A stretch of 62,662 nt of DNA from a virus. Taxonomy: Duplodnaviria > Caudoviricetes. The position numbers were made by a program, and so were the translations under genes. Positions within the stretch are counted from its first letter, which is position 1. Each line of letters starts with the position of its first letter. Shown here in pieces: positions 37,850 through 46,049 of this stretch. The notes under the pieces are model-generated. The model made no database searches. It worked only from the letters and a program-made list of their open reading frames with translations, and had not been told where the DNA came from. The stretch covers positions 1 to 62,662 of the IMG/VR virus record IMGVR_UViG_3300032322_000475; one strand, given 5' to 3'.

Positions 37850-38796
37850 CTGTTCCTCTCTATCAGTCGGTACAGTTGTTTGACTTCATGCTCGTTGCTA
37901 AATTGATTAGCCTTGTCTGACAGGATGAATCCGTCGATGGCCTCGAGGTATTCGGCATAGCGGGCGTAGTCCATGTTGGTGAGGTAGCCGTGTAAATCTT
38001 GCCAGCCACCAAACTCCCGCATGTCAATGAAGCACTCGGGCGGGATGTGGTCGGTGACGTTGGGCGCACCCCAGTACACCGGCACGATGCCTGCCATGAA
38101 GGCGTCTAGGATCTTCTCGCTGATATAGCCGACGGCGTTGTCGCAGTTCTCGAACGTCAGGGCGAACCGGTAGTTGCTGTACGTCTTCAGCTTGTTCTCT
38201 GTCTTGCCCTTGTAGCAGTGGAAGTTTTTGATATTCCACCCGTAGCCGTGCAGGTCAAACTGGAACATGTCGTTCTGCTGGAACCAGAGGATGGCTTCAA
38301 TCCGCTTGGTGTACAGGCTGCCGGGGAACTGCATGTTCTTGGCCGACTGAATGATGGTCAGCAGCTTGCGGGCGCGGAAATCTTCCTCCGTCATGTGGCA
38401 ACGTTGCCGGGCTTCCCAGTCCACGGTGAAGTTGTGCTTCTCGTAGATGCCCTTGCCTGCAAGCTCGTCGTTCCATGTCAGCACTTGGGAGAATTGGTCA
38501 TGGTAGGCGGGATCCCAGTTGTCCGGCAGGATGGCTGGCGGCTCGTACAGCACCAGTGCTTTGCGGGCGTTGCCGATGTCCGGCTCGACACGCGGGCGGT
38601 CCATGTAGATTACGAAGTCCAGTTCTCGTGGATCCACCTGGTCAAGTGTGTACAGGTCGATACCGGTCAGCTTGCACATGTTGTGCAGCTCCATCCACGG
38701 ACGCAGCAGGTTGTGGCCTACGTCACTGTTCTCGTTCTTGAATAGGTATCCGTCGCGGGTGATGAACTCATAATGATTATGGATGCCTACCTTCAT
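37846..38796 (-). CDS. Glycosyltransferase family 10 (fucosyltransferase-like)
   Basis: YRFALTFEN...GYISEKILDAF.AG.VPVYWG. Confidence 0.85.
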   Translation of the reverse strand: MKVGIHNHYEFITRDGYLFKNENSDVGHNLLRPWMELHNMCKLTGIDLYTLDQVDPRELDFVIYMDRPRVEPDIGNARKALVLYEPPAILPDNWDPAYHDQFSQVLTWNDELAGKGIYEKHNFTVDWEARQRCHMTEEDFRARKLLTIIQSAKNMQFPGSLYTKRIEAILWFQQNDMFQFDLHGYGWNIKNFHCYKGKTENKLKTYSNYRFALTFENCDNAVGYISEKILDAFMAGIVPVYWGAPNVTDHIPPECFIDMREFGGWQDLHGYLTNMDYARYAEYLEAIDGFILSDKANQFSNEHEVKQLYRLIERNR

Positions 38797-38993
38797 TCTT
38801 CTCCCCTTCTGATTGCTTCTGCGGCCTGCGTGTATCCCAGATCCTCACAAAGCGCGGCGCAGCGTTCCCGTTCTGTCAGCGTGACCATCTTCGAGAACTT
38901 CCGCATCCACGCCATAGCGGCAGCGTCCGGCGCGTAGATCAGGTCTTCACCCTCTGCGGCTTCGTTTGCCATCTGAAATAACCTTCGGCTCAT
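38793..38993 (-). CDS. Hypothetical protein
   Basis: ERERCAALCE...AEAIRR phage motif; coupled to neighbours. Confidence 0.6.
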   Translation of the reverse strand: MSRRLFQMANEAAEGEDLIYAPDAAAMAWMRKFSKMVTLTERERCAALCEDLGYTQAAEAIRRGEE

Positions 38994-39232
38994 CCAAACA
39001 ACAGGTGAAACAACTCGCGCAGGACGGCAACGACGAGGGCGAGTCCCACGTACATCAGAATCATGATTGCGCCAACGTCAAACGAGGAGATGTTCTTGCG
39101 GTAGAACGCTTCCCATTTGTTCTCGCTTTCTATCGCGCCGCTTCTTTCCTGCACCGTCTGGTAGAACTGCGGCACATAGTGGCTGCCAATTTTTGGCGGT
39201 GGCTCCTTGATGAACTGTCCATCTCGTAACAT
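38990..39232 (-). CDS. Hypothetical membrane protein
   Basis: SD GGAGG; C-terminal TM helix. Confidence 0.6.
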   Translation of the reverse strand: MLRDGQFIKEPPPKIGSHYVPQFYQTVQERSGAIESENKWEAFYRKNISSFDVGAIMILMYVGLALVVAVLRELFHLLFG

Positions 39233-39240
39233 GTTTCCTC

Positions 39241-40011
39241 CTAAGTGTTATTTCTTCCAGCCCGCATGAGATCACCCGCGAAGACATGCTGTCCTACGTG
39301 GCGTAGCTCAATAGTGGGATCGGCGTATATTCTGCCACTCTCTTTTTTCCACAGCTCACAGAAGTGATAGTCCTCTGACAACAGCAGTCCTAGCTCTGTG
39401 ATGCTGGTGCCGAAGAACTCGCGGGTGAGCGGTGCAAGGAACTGGCCGTTCGCTGGGTTGGTGATCAGGCTGGTGCGGTAGGTAGGCACCTTGAATCGCA
39501 GCGCCTTGAACACGCTTCTGTGGATCAGCATGAACCCTGTGCCGCCGTGCATAACTTCTATCAGGCCGTCTGGTCCAAGCGGTACTTTGTCTGGATCACC
39601 CTGATCGTCCACGGCGTTCAGCACATACGAGCAGCCGAACTTGTCGATGTCCTGCTCTCCCCGCAACGCTGCCTGCCGGATGCGATCCCAGAACAGAAAC
39701 TTCTTGGGATAGATACCGCACACCATCTCTTTGTTGTGCTGGAGTAGTTTGTAGATTCCGTCTGTCGGGAACCAGATATCGGCGTCAACAAACATCAGGT
39801 AATCGTCTTGGGTTTCATCCAAGAAATACCGAGCGATCTCGTTGCGGGCGCGAGTGATCAGCGCCTCTTTGTTCATGAACTGCCAGCGTGTCTTGATGCC
39901 CTTGCTCTCAAGGAAGCTGACGTTGCGCAGCATACTGTCTACGTATTCCATGAACATGGCACCGCCGTAAGCAGGCGTGCCAATCATGATGGTGGGCTTG
40001 CCGTCGATCAT
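39241..40011 (-). CDS. GT-A fold glycosyltransferase-like protein, paralog 2
   Basis: GTPAYGG, EALITRARN, FVDADI, GTGFMLIHR, LSEDYHFC. Confidence 0.75.
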   Translation of the reverse strand: MIDGKPTIMIGTPAYGGAMFMEYVDSMLRNVSFLESKGIKTRWQFMNKEALITRARNEIARYFLDETQDDYLMFVDADIWFPTDGIYKLLQHNKEMVCGIYPKKFLFWDRIRQAALRGEQDIDKFGCSYVLNAVDDQGDPDKVPLGPDGLIEVMHGGTGFMLIHRSVFKALRFKVPTYRTSLITNPANGQFLAPLTREFFGTSITELGLLLSEDYHFCELWKKESGRIYADPTIELRHVGQHVFAGDLMRAGRNNT

Positions 40012-40265
40012 GGCGCATTCCTTTCGCGGCCTTCAATAAATTCCTTTACATGCCCCAGCGCGTAGTCGTAGCCATCAGAAAACATAGCGTTGCGATATTG
40101 TTCAGCGCCTGTTAGTTCATTCACTGTTTCAAGTATTGCTTTGTGCTCTGCTGCTGCGACTAGCTTGGCGAAGCGTTCAATCTCTGGCATGAAGTCACGG
40201 AATATTCCCCAGTCATCGCCGCCAGCTTCCCGCGCCATGCGGATGATGTCATCTCTGTTCATCAA
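40008..40265 (-). CDS. Hypothetical protein
   Basis: MNRDDIIRMAREAG...ERFAKLVAAAE phage motif. Confidence 0.6.
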   Translation of the reverse strand: MMNRDDIIRMAREAGGDDWGIFRDFMPEIERFAKLVAAAEHKAILETVNELTGAEQYRNAMFSDGYDYALGHVKEFIEGRERNAP

Positions 40266-40539
40266 TCAGTCCCTCGATCTGGTCGATCAAATGATCTGCG
40301 ATCTTGCGGTCATGAACAGCCACGGTACTAGCTAAGTCATCCTTGTGAATGATGTCCATAGCATCACGCAGTCCCTGCTTGTAGCCAGACGAGAACTGAT
40401 CGCTGCCTTCGAGGATCATGGTGATGGCATCGCGCACGACCTTGCTGGCCTGTCTGTTACGAGCCTTCTCCTTCAGCGCGGTGTGAACCTCCTCCGATAG
40501 ATAGACGGAGTACGGAATCAGTCTGCTCGATTTTTCCAC
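40249..40539 (-). CDS. Hypothetical protein, possible ribbon-helix-helix
   Basis: GTG start after SD AGGAG; YSVYLSEEVHTALK...SKVVRDAI. Confidence 0.5.
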   Translation of the reverse strand: MEKSSRLIPYSVYLSEEVHTALKEKARNRQASKVVRDAITMILEGSDQFSSGYKQGLRDAMDIIHKDDLASTVAVHDRKIADHLIDQIEGLIDEQR

Positions 40540-40940
40540 GACACGAACTCCTGCTTGATCCCCAGCATCTTTTCCACCGCCTGCTGACTTTTTGAAATGT
40601 CGGCGCGGCTTTCTACCTTCAGATACGCTTTCAACCATGATGTTGCCTCCTTCTCTGATCTCTCAATAATCTGGTCGGACTCCTGCAAGAACTGCCAGAA
40701 CCCTGGATCCCGGCACAGCATTCCAGAAATGCGTACCATGTCTCTTGCCAACTCCTGCTCGCGGTTCATAGGCCGCTCTTCCTCGTTCAGCCGCACCATC
40801 ACCGTCAGGTACCGGCTGCCAACGAAGTCGCGCATGATCTCTTCCGGCAGCTCGTCCGGGTGTATGCGCAAGGTCAGGATGTAGCCGGAGTTGTCCTGCT
40901 TTATTCCAACCTTGACTGCTTCAAACTGGCTAGTCTCCAT
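40518..40940 (-). CDS. Hypothetical protein
   Basis: 140-aa ORF coupled to the upstream gene. Confidence 0.6.
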   Translation of the reverse strand: METSQFEAVKVGIKQDNSGYILTLRIHPDELPEEIMRDFVGSRYLTVMVRLNEEERPMNREQELARDMVRISGMLCRDPGFWQFLQESDQIIERSEKEATSWLKAYLKVESRADISKSQQAVEKMLGIKQEFVSWKNRAD

Positions 40941-41257
40941 TAACTAATATCCTCCACTCTCAAGGCGTACTTGCCGTTAGCCCGCTTCGTCCAGCCGTGG
41001 ACCTCCACACGAATGCCAGCTTCGCGCACCCGCAGGATGGTGTCCGACTCTTGTATCTTCTTGATCCTTGCCGCAACGCCAGATGCTGTTACCTGTACGG
41101 CCAGCACTTCATCCCGACGGATCGCCAAGATGTCGCACCAGCCCCACAGGTCCTGACGTACGCGGCTCCACGGGTTCCACTTCTCCACCACCTCGCAGTG
41201 ATAGCCAAGCTCCCGCAGATACTCGAGGCTGCGCTGCGTCGGTGACTTAGACGCCAT
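40940..41257 (-). CDS. PD-(D/E)xK nuclease, Holliday-junction resolvase-like
   Basis: LRELGY, DLWGWCDILA...LAVQVT. Confidence 0.6.
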   Translation of the reverse strand: MASKSPTQRSLEYLRELGYHCEVVEKWNPWSRVRQDLWGWCDILAIRRDEVLAVQVTASGVAARIKKIQESDTILRVREAGIRVEVHGWTKRANGKYALRVEDIS

Positions 41258-41450
41258 ACGCAATCCGTTTGATATTCGCTATCGACATACCAAACGTATC
41301 GTGAATGCGCAAAATCATCGTGGCCTGTAACGGCGTACGACCGTGCCGCAGCTTCGAGATTGTTGGTGGATGAACCTGCAACAAACGCGCAAGCGCTGCG
41401 TCATTGCGGATGTTGTACTCACTCAACAGGTAATCAATCAGATGATCCAT
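41247..41450 (-). CDS. XRE-family HTH protein
   Basis: MDHLIDYL...NDAALARLLQVHPPTISKLRHG; SD GAGG. Confidence 0.75.
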   Translation of the reverse strand: MDHLIDYLLSEYNIRNDAALARLLQVHPPTISKLRHGRTPLQATMILRIHDTFGMSIANIKRIAYGV

Positions 41451-41457
41451 AGCTACC

Positions 41458-41754
41458 TCAGAAGGGGACGTCACTGTCATCAGCCGGTGGTTCTGGCATG
41501 GGCTTCGGTGGTGGTGTGGCAGCGTTGCCATCCTGCTTCTTCCAAGTGTTGATCTTGAGAGAGAAGTAGGTGCCGTACTGACCATCGTTCTGCCAGGCAT
41601 CCAGCTTGATAAGGATCTCATCCTCATCCGTTGCTTCCAGCAGACTCTTGAGATACTGACGCTCCAGTACCAAATCGCCGTACATATCTGGTGACTTGGG
41701 GTGAAGTTTCTTCTGGCTGTAATTCAACCTGCCGGTGTTAGGTTTGCTTGCCAT
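41458..41754 (-). CDS. Putative single-stranded DNA-binding protein
   Basis: PDMYG, LDAW, YFSLKI; acidic tail DDSDVPF; follows ERF. Confidence 0.6.
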   Translation of the reverse strand: MASKPNTGRLNYSQKKLHPKSPDMYGDLVLERQYLKSLLEATDEDEILIKLDAWQNDGQYGTYFSLKINTWKKQDGNAATPPPKPMPEPPADDSDVPF

Positions 41755-42433
41755 CGGGGAATGCCTCCTTGTATGCGCCGAATGTTTGGAGCAACTCATT
41801 GTAGGCAGCGATGTCCTGCTGCTTGATAAGCTCGTAGATGTTGTTGTTCGTACGCCAGATGTCCATCACCTGCTGACGCGACTCTGCTGTGTCGAGCGCT
41901 GTAACTGAAGCCGCGACTACGACGGCAAGCCAGTCTTCAAAGTTCGTGTCAGGCTGTGCCGAGACCTTGAGCTGCCACTCGCTATCCTTGCCCGACACCT
42001 TTTTTGGCACCGCAGGCGCAGGCTTCGGCGCTGCTTTAGGAGCCGCTTGCGGCGGCGTAGTCTTTGCTGCTTCGGTTCCATCATCATCCTCCGGGGCAAT
42101 GCCGCAGGCTGCCATCAGTGAATACCGGCGGGCGTAGGTCAAGGCCGATCCGAATCCTTGTGCGTTGTGCTTGTCTGCCGGAACATACAGGGAACCAGAT
42201 GACATTTGCTCACCCGACTCGTGAATGAAGATGGTCTGAACGCAGATGCCGTTCTCGCGTTCTTCATTCAGTTGCATCAGGTAGATGCCATTGTTGTTGA
42301 GTGCATCAATCACTGCCTCCACGCAGGCCGACAGGTCAGCGTAGCGCGTACGGAAGTGTGGGTTATTGCTAGTCTTCAGCGCAGGTCCAAATTCTTTCTG
42401 CGCCTTGACGAGTGCGGAAGCGATGGCTTTCAT
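41738..42433 (-). CDS. ERF-family ssDNA annealing protein
   Basis: NPHFRTRYADL, HESGE, QGFGSALTYARRYSL...GIAPEDDDG. Confidence 0.9.
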   Translation of the reverse strand: MKAIASALVKAQKEFGPALKTSNNPHFRTRYADLSACVEAVIDALNNNGIYLMQLNEERENGICVQTIFIHESGEQMSSGSLYVPADKHNAQGFGSALTYARRYSLMAACGIAPEDDDGTEAAKTTPPQAAPKAAPKPAPAVPKKVSGKDSEWQLKVSAQPDTNFEDWLAVVVAASVTALDTAESRQQVMDIWRTNNNIYELIKQQDIAAYNELLQTFGAYKEAFPDGKQT

Positions 42434-42445
42434 TTGTTCTCCTTA

Positions 42446-42595
42446 TTAGCTGCAAGTGGTGGTGCATGAACCGCCATAGCAACACGTTGTGCAGAATGTG
42501 CAGCGACCGCGGTTGTCGCAGTAGTTGTGTGTGGTGCAGCTTGCCCAGACCATGCCAGCGGTGGTCAGCGCCCAGATAGCGATCAGGTATTTCAT
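42446..42595 (-). CDS. 49-aa secreted Cys-rich peptide (below ORF-track cutoff)
   Basis: MKYLIAIWALTTAGMVWASCTTHNYCDNRGRCTFCTTCCYGGSCTTTCS; SD AAGGAG; ATGA coupling. Confidence 0.7.
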   Translation of the reverse strand: MKYLIAIWALTTAGMVWASCTTHNYCDNRGRCTFCTTCCYGGSCTTTCS

Positions 42596-43467
42596 GGATT
42601 CTCCTTGCGGTAGTGTTTGTACTGCTCACAGAATGGGGAGACCTGACAAAAGCTTTCGCATCTTGTCCTGCCGCCCTGCCTTACCTCGACCTTATGGTCG
42701 GGAAACTTGGTTACTATCAAATGCTCTGCCTCTTCTGCCGTGGCGCAGACCTTCTTCGCACGGACGCCACCATCTTTCATGATGGCGTAGGTTGTCTGCT
42801 TCTCCCACATCTCTTCCGGCGTACACGCTGGCATGGTGCCGCTGACTGCCGAGAAGTTAGCTTCGTTGTGCAGGGCTAGTCTGTCGCGCACGAACTGCTC
42901 GCGTGTCTCGAAGTCCCACAGCGGGATGTCGATGGTGACGATAGGTGCTTGCGGGTAACTGTCTTTGATGGCCGCTTCTCTGCGGCTCCAATCACGCACG
43001 ATGCCGATGATCCGCAGGCCAGTGACAGGCGTACTCTTCACGCGCTCGACTAGCCATGCGTACAGGTTGAGCTGATCTACCCACTCTGTCTTCTCTTGCT
43101 GTACTACCCAGGCGCTGGTGACTTTGTAATCGCTGATGATGACGCTGCCGTCAGCCTGGAATTCTTGCAGGTCAATAGCACCAGAGATGCGCCAGCTATT
43201 GAACTGTGTGAACAGCCGCTCTTCGACGATATGATTGTCGTCTTTGCCGTGCTGAAGAATGTTGTGGCAGGCGGATCCGAACAGGGACCACACTTGGTCG
43301 GCTGCGTCTACTTCGATCTCGTCGGCATGACGGCGTCGCAGTTGCACTAGCTGCGGTGGAGATAGGATCTCTGTCACGCTGATCTCGCTATCGCCGCGGC
43401 TATAAGTAGGCCGCGTGATAACGTTGACGAAGGTCTGTGGCAAGTTGTGCTTATTGGTTAGTTTCAT
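42592..43467 (-). CDS. PD-(D/E)xK exonuclease (Cas4/RecB-like)
   Basis: GSACH, ISGAIDL, SDYKVT, QLNLY, C-terminal RC..FC....FC. Confidence 0.75.
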   Translation of the reverse strand: MKLTNKHNLPQTFVNVITRPTYSRGDSEISVTEILSPPQLVQLRRRHADEIEVDAADQVWSLFGSACHNILQHGKDDNHIVEERLFTQFNSWRISGAIDLQEFQADGSVIISDYKVTSAWVVQQEKTEWVDQLNLYAWLVERVKSTPVTGLRIIGIVRDWSRREAAIKDSYPQAPIVTIDIPLWDFETREQFVRDRLALHNEANFSAVSGTMPACTPEEMWEKQTTYAIMKDGGVRAKKVCATAEEAEHLIVTKFPDHKVEVRQGGRTRCESFCQVSPFCEQYKHYRKENP

Positions 43468-43487
43468 TTTTTGTCCTCCTGCCCTAG

Positions 43488-43516
43488 ACTGTAGTCCTAG
43501 ATGTAGGCCATGTCAA
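43488..43516 (-). promoter_or_regulatory. Leftward sigma70-like promoter
   Basis: TTGACA-N17-TACAGT on the minus strand upstream of the nuclease gene. Confidence 0.7.
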
Positions 43517-43558
43517 TAGGTTTATGCAGACAGGAACCATGTGTTGCCAAGCTGGTCA

Positions 43559-43577
43559 AGTGTAAACGTTTACGCAC
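43559..43577. promoter_or_regulatory. Palindromic operator candidate, copy 1
   Basis: AGTGTAAACGTTTACGCAC, 18/19 identical to 54902-54920. Confidence 0.6.
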
Positions 43578-43591
43578 TCAAATTGATAACA

Positions 43592-43620
43592 TTGCAGGGC
43601 TGGCTGGGAGGTGGTATTGT
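43592..43620 (+). promoter_or_regulatory. Rightward sigma70-like promoter
   Basis: TTGCAG-N17-TATTGT with TG extension. Confidence 0.5.
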
Positions 43621-43625
43621 TTCAC

Positions 43626-43694
43626 CACTTTCTTCGCGGAAGTGATTGGCAAGCTGTTGTTGACCCCGGTACCTCCCCTTCCGGGGTTTTTTTT
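43626..43694 (+). ncRNA. Candidate ~70-nt small RNA ending in an intrinsic terminator
   Basis: Hairpin CACTTTC/GGAAGTG, then CCCCGG/CCGGGG + T8 with loop TACCTCCCCTT. Confidence 0.5.
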
Positions 43695-43697
43695 CTG

Positions 43698-43726
43698 TTG
43701 CAAACAATATCGTCCTGTCCTACACT
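43698..43726 (+). promoter_or_regulatory. Rightward sigma70-like promoter
   Basis: TTGCAA-N17-TACACT. Confidence 0.6.
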
Positions 43727-43737
43727 GTGCGCGTCAC

Positions 43738-43833
43738 TGTGACGGCAGAGACAAAACTGAAGCCCTCAAGCTTTGGTTCTCACCCTTCGGGGAACGTGCC
43801 GTCACACGGAGAACCAAGCCTTGAGGGTTTTTT
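43738..43833 (+). ncRNA. Structured attenuator-like RNA/terminator
   Basis: Long stem 43761-43781/43809-43829 + T-run, internal UUCG hairpin, and a 10-nt 5' segment complementary to the loop. Confidence 0.55.
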
Positions 43834-44138
43834 CATTTCCGGCTAGTGACCGCACCGACCGCGTAGCAGAGAGCCTGCATGGGCTGCCGTCGAGAATACA
43901 CTGGCCGAGGTCTCACCCGCCTGCGAGCCACGCCACCTGTCAGCGAGGGATGGCACAAGAGGGGGAAGCCAGTGGTGATAGACATCTTCCCCATCGAGAT
44001 AATCGCTGCCTTCTGGGATTGCTAGGATCAGCTCATCATTGCTGGTCTGGGCAGGGAGGATAACCCCGAGTGTGCTCCGCAAGGAGGGGGGCTATCACCC
44101 ATGGGGAACCTAAACGCTGATCACACAATAGATGCGTG

Positions 44139-44167
44139 TTGACAAGAACCATGTGTGGTATTATCCT
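44139..44167 (+). promoter_or_regulatory. Rightward sigma70-like promoter of the replication operon
   Basis: TTGACA-N17-TATCCT. Confidence 0.7.
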
Positions 44168-44209
44168 AGATGTAGTGGTACAGTATTCACTAGATATAGG
44201 GAGGTTGAG

Positions 44210-44443
44210 ATGACGGATGGGGATGTGATTCGGTTGTTTCACAAGGCTAATCGCTGGGATGTGCGCGGGTTGAAAACCTTTATGCACGACCTGCAACAGT
44301 TTGCTGTGGCAGTACAGGAGGAAGAGCGGGAGCGGGCGGCGATGATCTGTCACGCCTGCAAGGATATGGAATATGCCAGCGAGGAGATTGCTCGCCGGAT
44401 CATTGGTCAAGCACAAGGAGGAAAAGATGGAAGCAATATTTGA
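44210..44443 (+). CDS. Hypothetical protein
   Basis: SD GGAGG; EERERAAMIC...IARRI motif. Confidence 0.6.
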   Translation: MTDGDVIRLFHKANRWDVRGLKTFMHDLQQFAVAVQEEERERAAMICHACKDMEYASEEIARRIIGQAQGGKDGSNI

Positions 44444-44822
44444 AAAGATGTTGAAGGTCACGCTGTCGAACCTTCGGCAGCTAGAAGCCAAGGGGTACAT
44501 CGAATACAAGGTCATCCATGGCAAGGAAGAGCATGGCAACCTAGTTGTAGGCATTCCAAAAGTGAAGCGAGCTTCCCCGCTGAATTTACCGAGGGGGGAT
44601 ATGCGCGAGTACGTCTTGCCGTGGGTTGTCAACATGCAGCCCGGTGACTTGGTTGAAATCCCTTACGGCCAGTATCCGCCCGAGAATGTCAGAGCCAACG
44701 CTGGCGCGTGGGCTTCTGGCAAGTGGGGCAGTGGCACTTACACATCAACGATTAACCGCAAGTCAGGGTTCGTAGAGCTGTACAGGTATCCGCTCGAAGA
44801 GCTACAGGAAAGAACATCATGA
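44427..44822 (+). CDS. Hypothetical protein
   Basis: SD AGGAGG; coupled to the next gene. Confidence 0.6.
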   Translation: MEAIFEKMLKVTLSNLRQLEAKGYIEYKVIHGKEEHGNLVVGIPKVKRASPLNLPRGDMREYVLPWVVNMQPGDLVEIPYGQYPPENVRANAGAWASGKWGSGTYTSTINRKSGFVELYRYPLEELQERTS

Positions 44823-45940
44823 TCCAATTCCACAGATACCGGCTGCCGCATGAGCCGACAGACTTCGGCATGGATGTCAGTTCGTTAGTCCAGTCGATGA
44901 CGCGCGGCCTTGCTACGCAGCCGTTGGCAGGCATAGATCAGGTGCTGGAGATGGGCAGGAAGTATGGTCCACGCGACAGGCTGGCTGCTATTGCTGCACG
45001 CATGGCGTTCTGGGGTTGCTTCGAGTGGGATGAGATTGACTTCATGTTGCCAGGCGCTTTGCCAGCAAACTTCCTGCTGAAGCAAGAGATCGTCGGCTGC
45101 ATGGGGTTCGAGCGTGCCAACCGACGGTATTTCATTGAGGAGGATGCGTATTACCTATACACCGGCTTTGCCCGTGAATGTATAACACCCGGTGGCAGGG
45201 CTTTCCACGGCCATGTCAGCTATCAGCCACGCAACAGCGGCCTGTTCTCCATCATAGAGAACATCGTTGCCGCGGCCATCGATGCCGAGTTAAAGGGCTA
45301 TCGACTGCGGGTCGATCTGTCCGGCAACTGGTGGTCGTATGACGAGCCGTTCGAGGAAATCTTTGCCGATGTCTTTGAGTTCACCAAAGGCGACGTGCCA
45401 ATGCTTCGGTTTGAGGATATGCGGGATCGGATGCTGCACCCATCATCGGAAGTGGCAAGCGAGATTGCCTGCCTGAAAGAAGGCTGGTACATGGAAATTA
45501 ACTTTGCCATCAACCAGTACGTTGACACGGGCTACTCTGCCGAGCCAGATGTCGGCACGATCTTCATGCGTGGTGGGGACAAGCTGCAAACGGAAACGAT
45601 CATGCCGCCTGCTGGCCTGATATGGCGGGAGCTTAACTGGATGAGCCGGTTCGTGCGGCGCAGGCACCTGCTGTCAGATGATCCGACCATCGGCAACATG
45701 ATCTCAAGCGGCGACCCGACCGTAATAGATCGGTCAGACCAACTCGAGGGCGGGTATCATCATCTGCCCAACCGCAAGCTGTCCTGTATCCCCATCCTCC
45801 AGAACTATCTGGCGATGACCGAGGCCAAGGTCAACTTCTCCTGCCCGTCTGCCAACCTGGTTAACGCGGCGCAGTGGAGTCGGGGCGATACAGACAACAT
45901 GAGCCTTGCCAACCCTGTGTACAGGTACTTGCTGATATGA
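44819..45940 (+). CDS. Glycosyltransferase-like protein (NodZ/O-fucosyltransferase-like)
   Basis: SGLFS, IFMRGGDK, LLSDD, SANL resemble GT-B fucosyltransferase motifs (degenerate). Confidence 0.5.
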   Translation: MIQFHRYRLPHEPTDFGMDVSSLVQSMTRGLATQPLAGIDQVLEMGRKYGPRDRLAAIAARMAFWGCFEWDEIDFMLPGALPANFLLKQEIVGCMGFERANRRYFIEEDAYYLYTGFARECITPGGRAFHGHVSYQPRNSGLFSIIENIVAAAIDAELKGYRLRVDLSGNWWSYDEPFEEIFADVFEFTKGDVPMLRFEDMRDRMLHPSSEVASEIACLKEGWYMEINFAINQYVDTGYSAEPDVGTIFMRGGDKLQTETIMPPAGLIWRELNWMSRFVRRRHLLSDDPTIGNMISSGDPTVIDRSDQLEGGYHHLPNRKLSCIPILQNYLAMTEAKVNFSCPSANLVNAAQWSRGDTDNMSLANPVYRYLLI

Positions 45941-46049
45941 CAGATTGGACCATGCACATACCGCTAGCGGCGGGCGTACTAATCGGGATGGGATTGATGT
46001 TGTTAATCGCATTGGTCGCATTGATAGCTTTTTTCTGGGGAGATTGGGA

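Noticed and set aside
42592-43467. Cas4-like nuclease as evidence of CRISPR-Cas
   Set aside because: Stand-alone exonuclease upstream of ERF and SSB in a standard recombination module; no array or other cas genes
43510-44082. ORFs 43510-43824, 43773-44063 and 43843-44082
   Set aside because: They cross promoters and terminators, lack RBS and have no recognisable protein features
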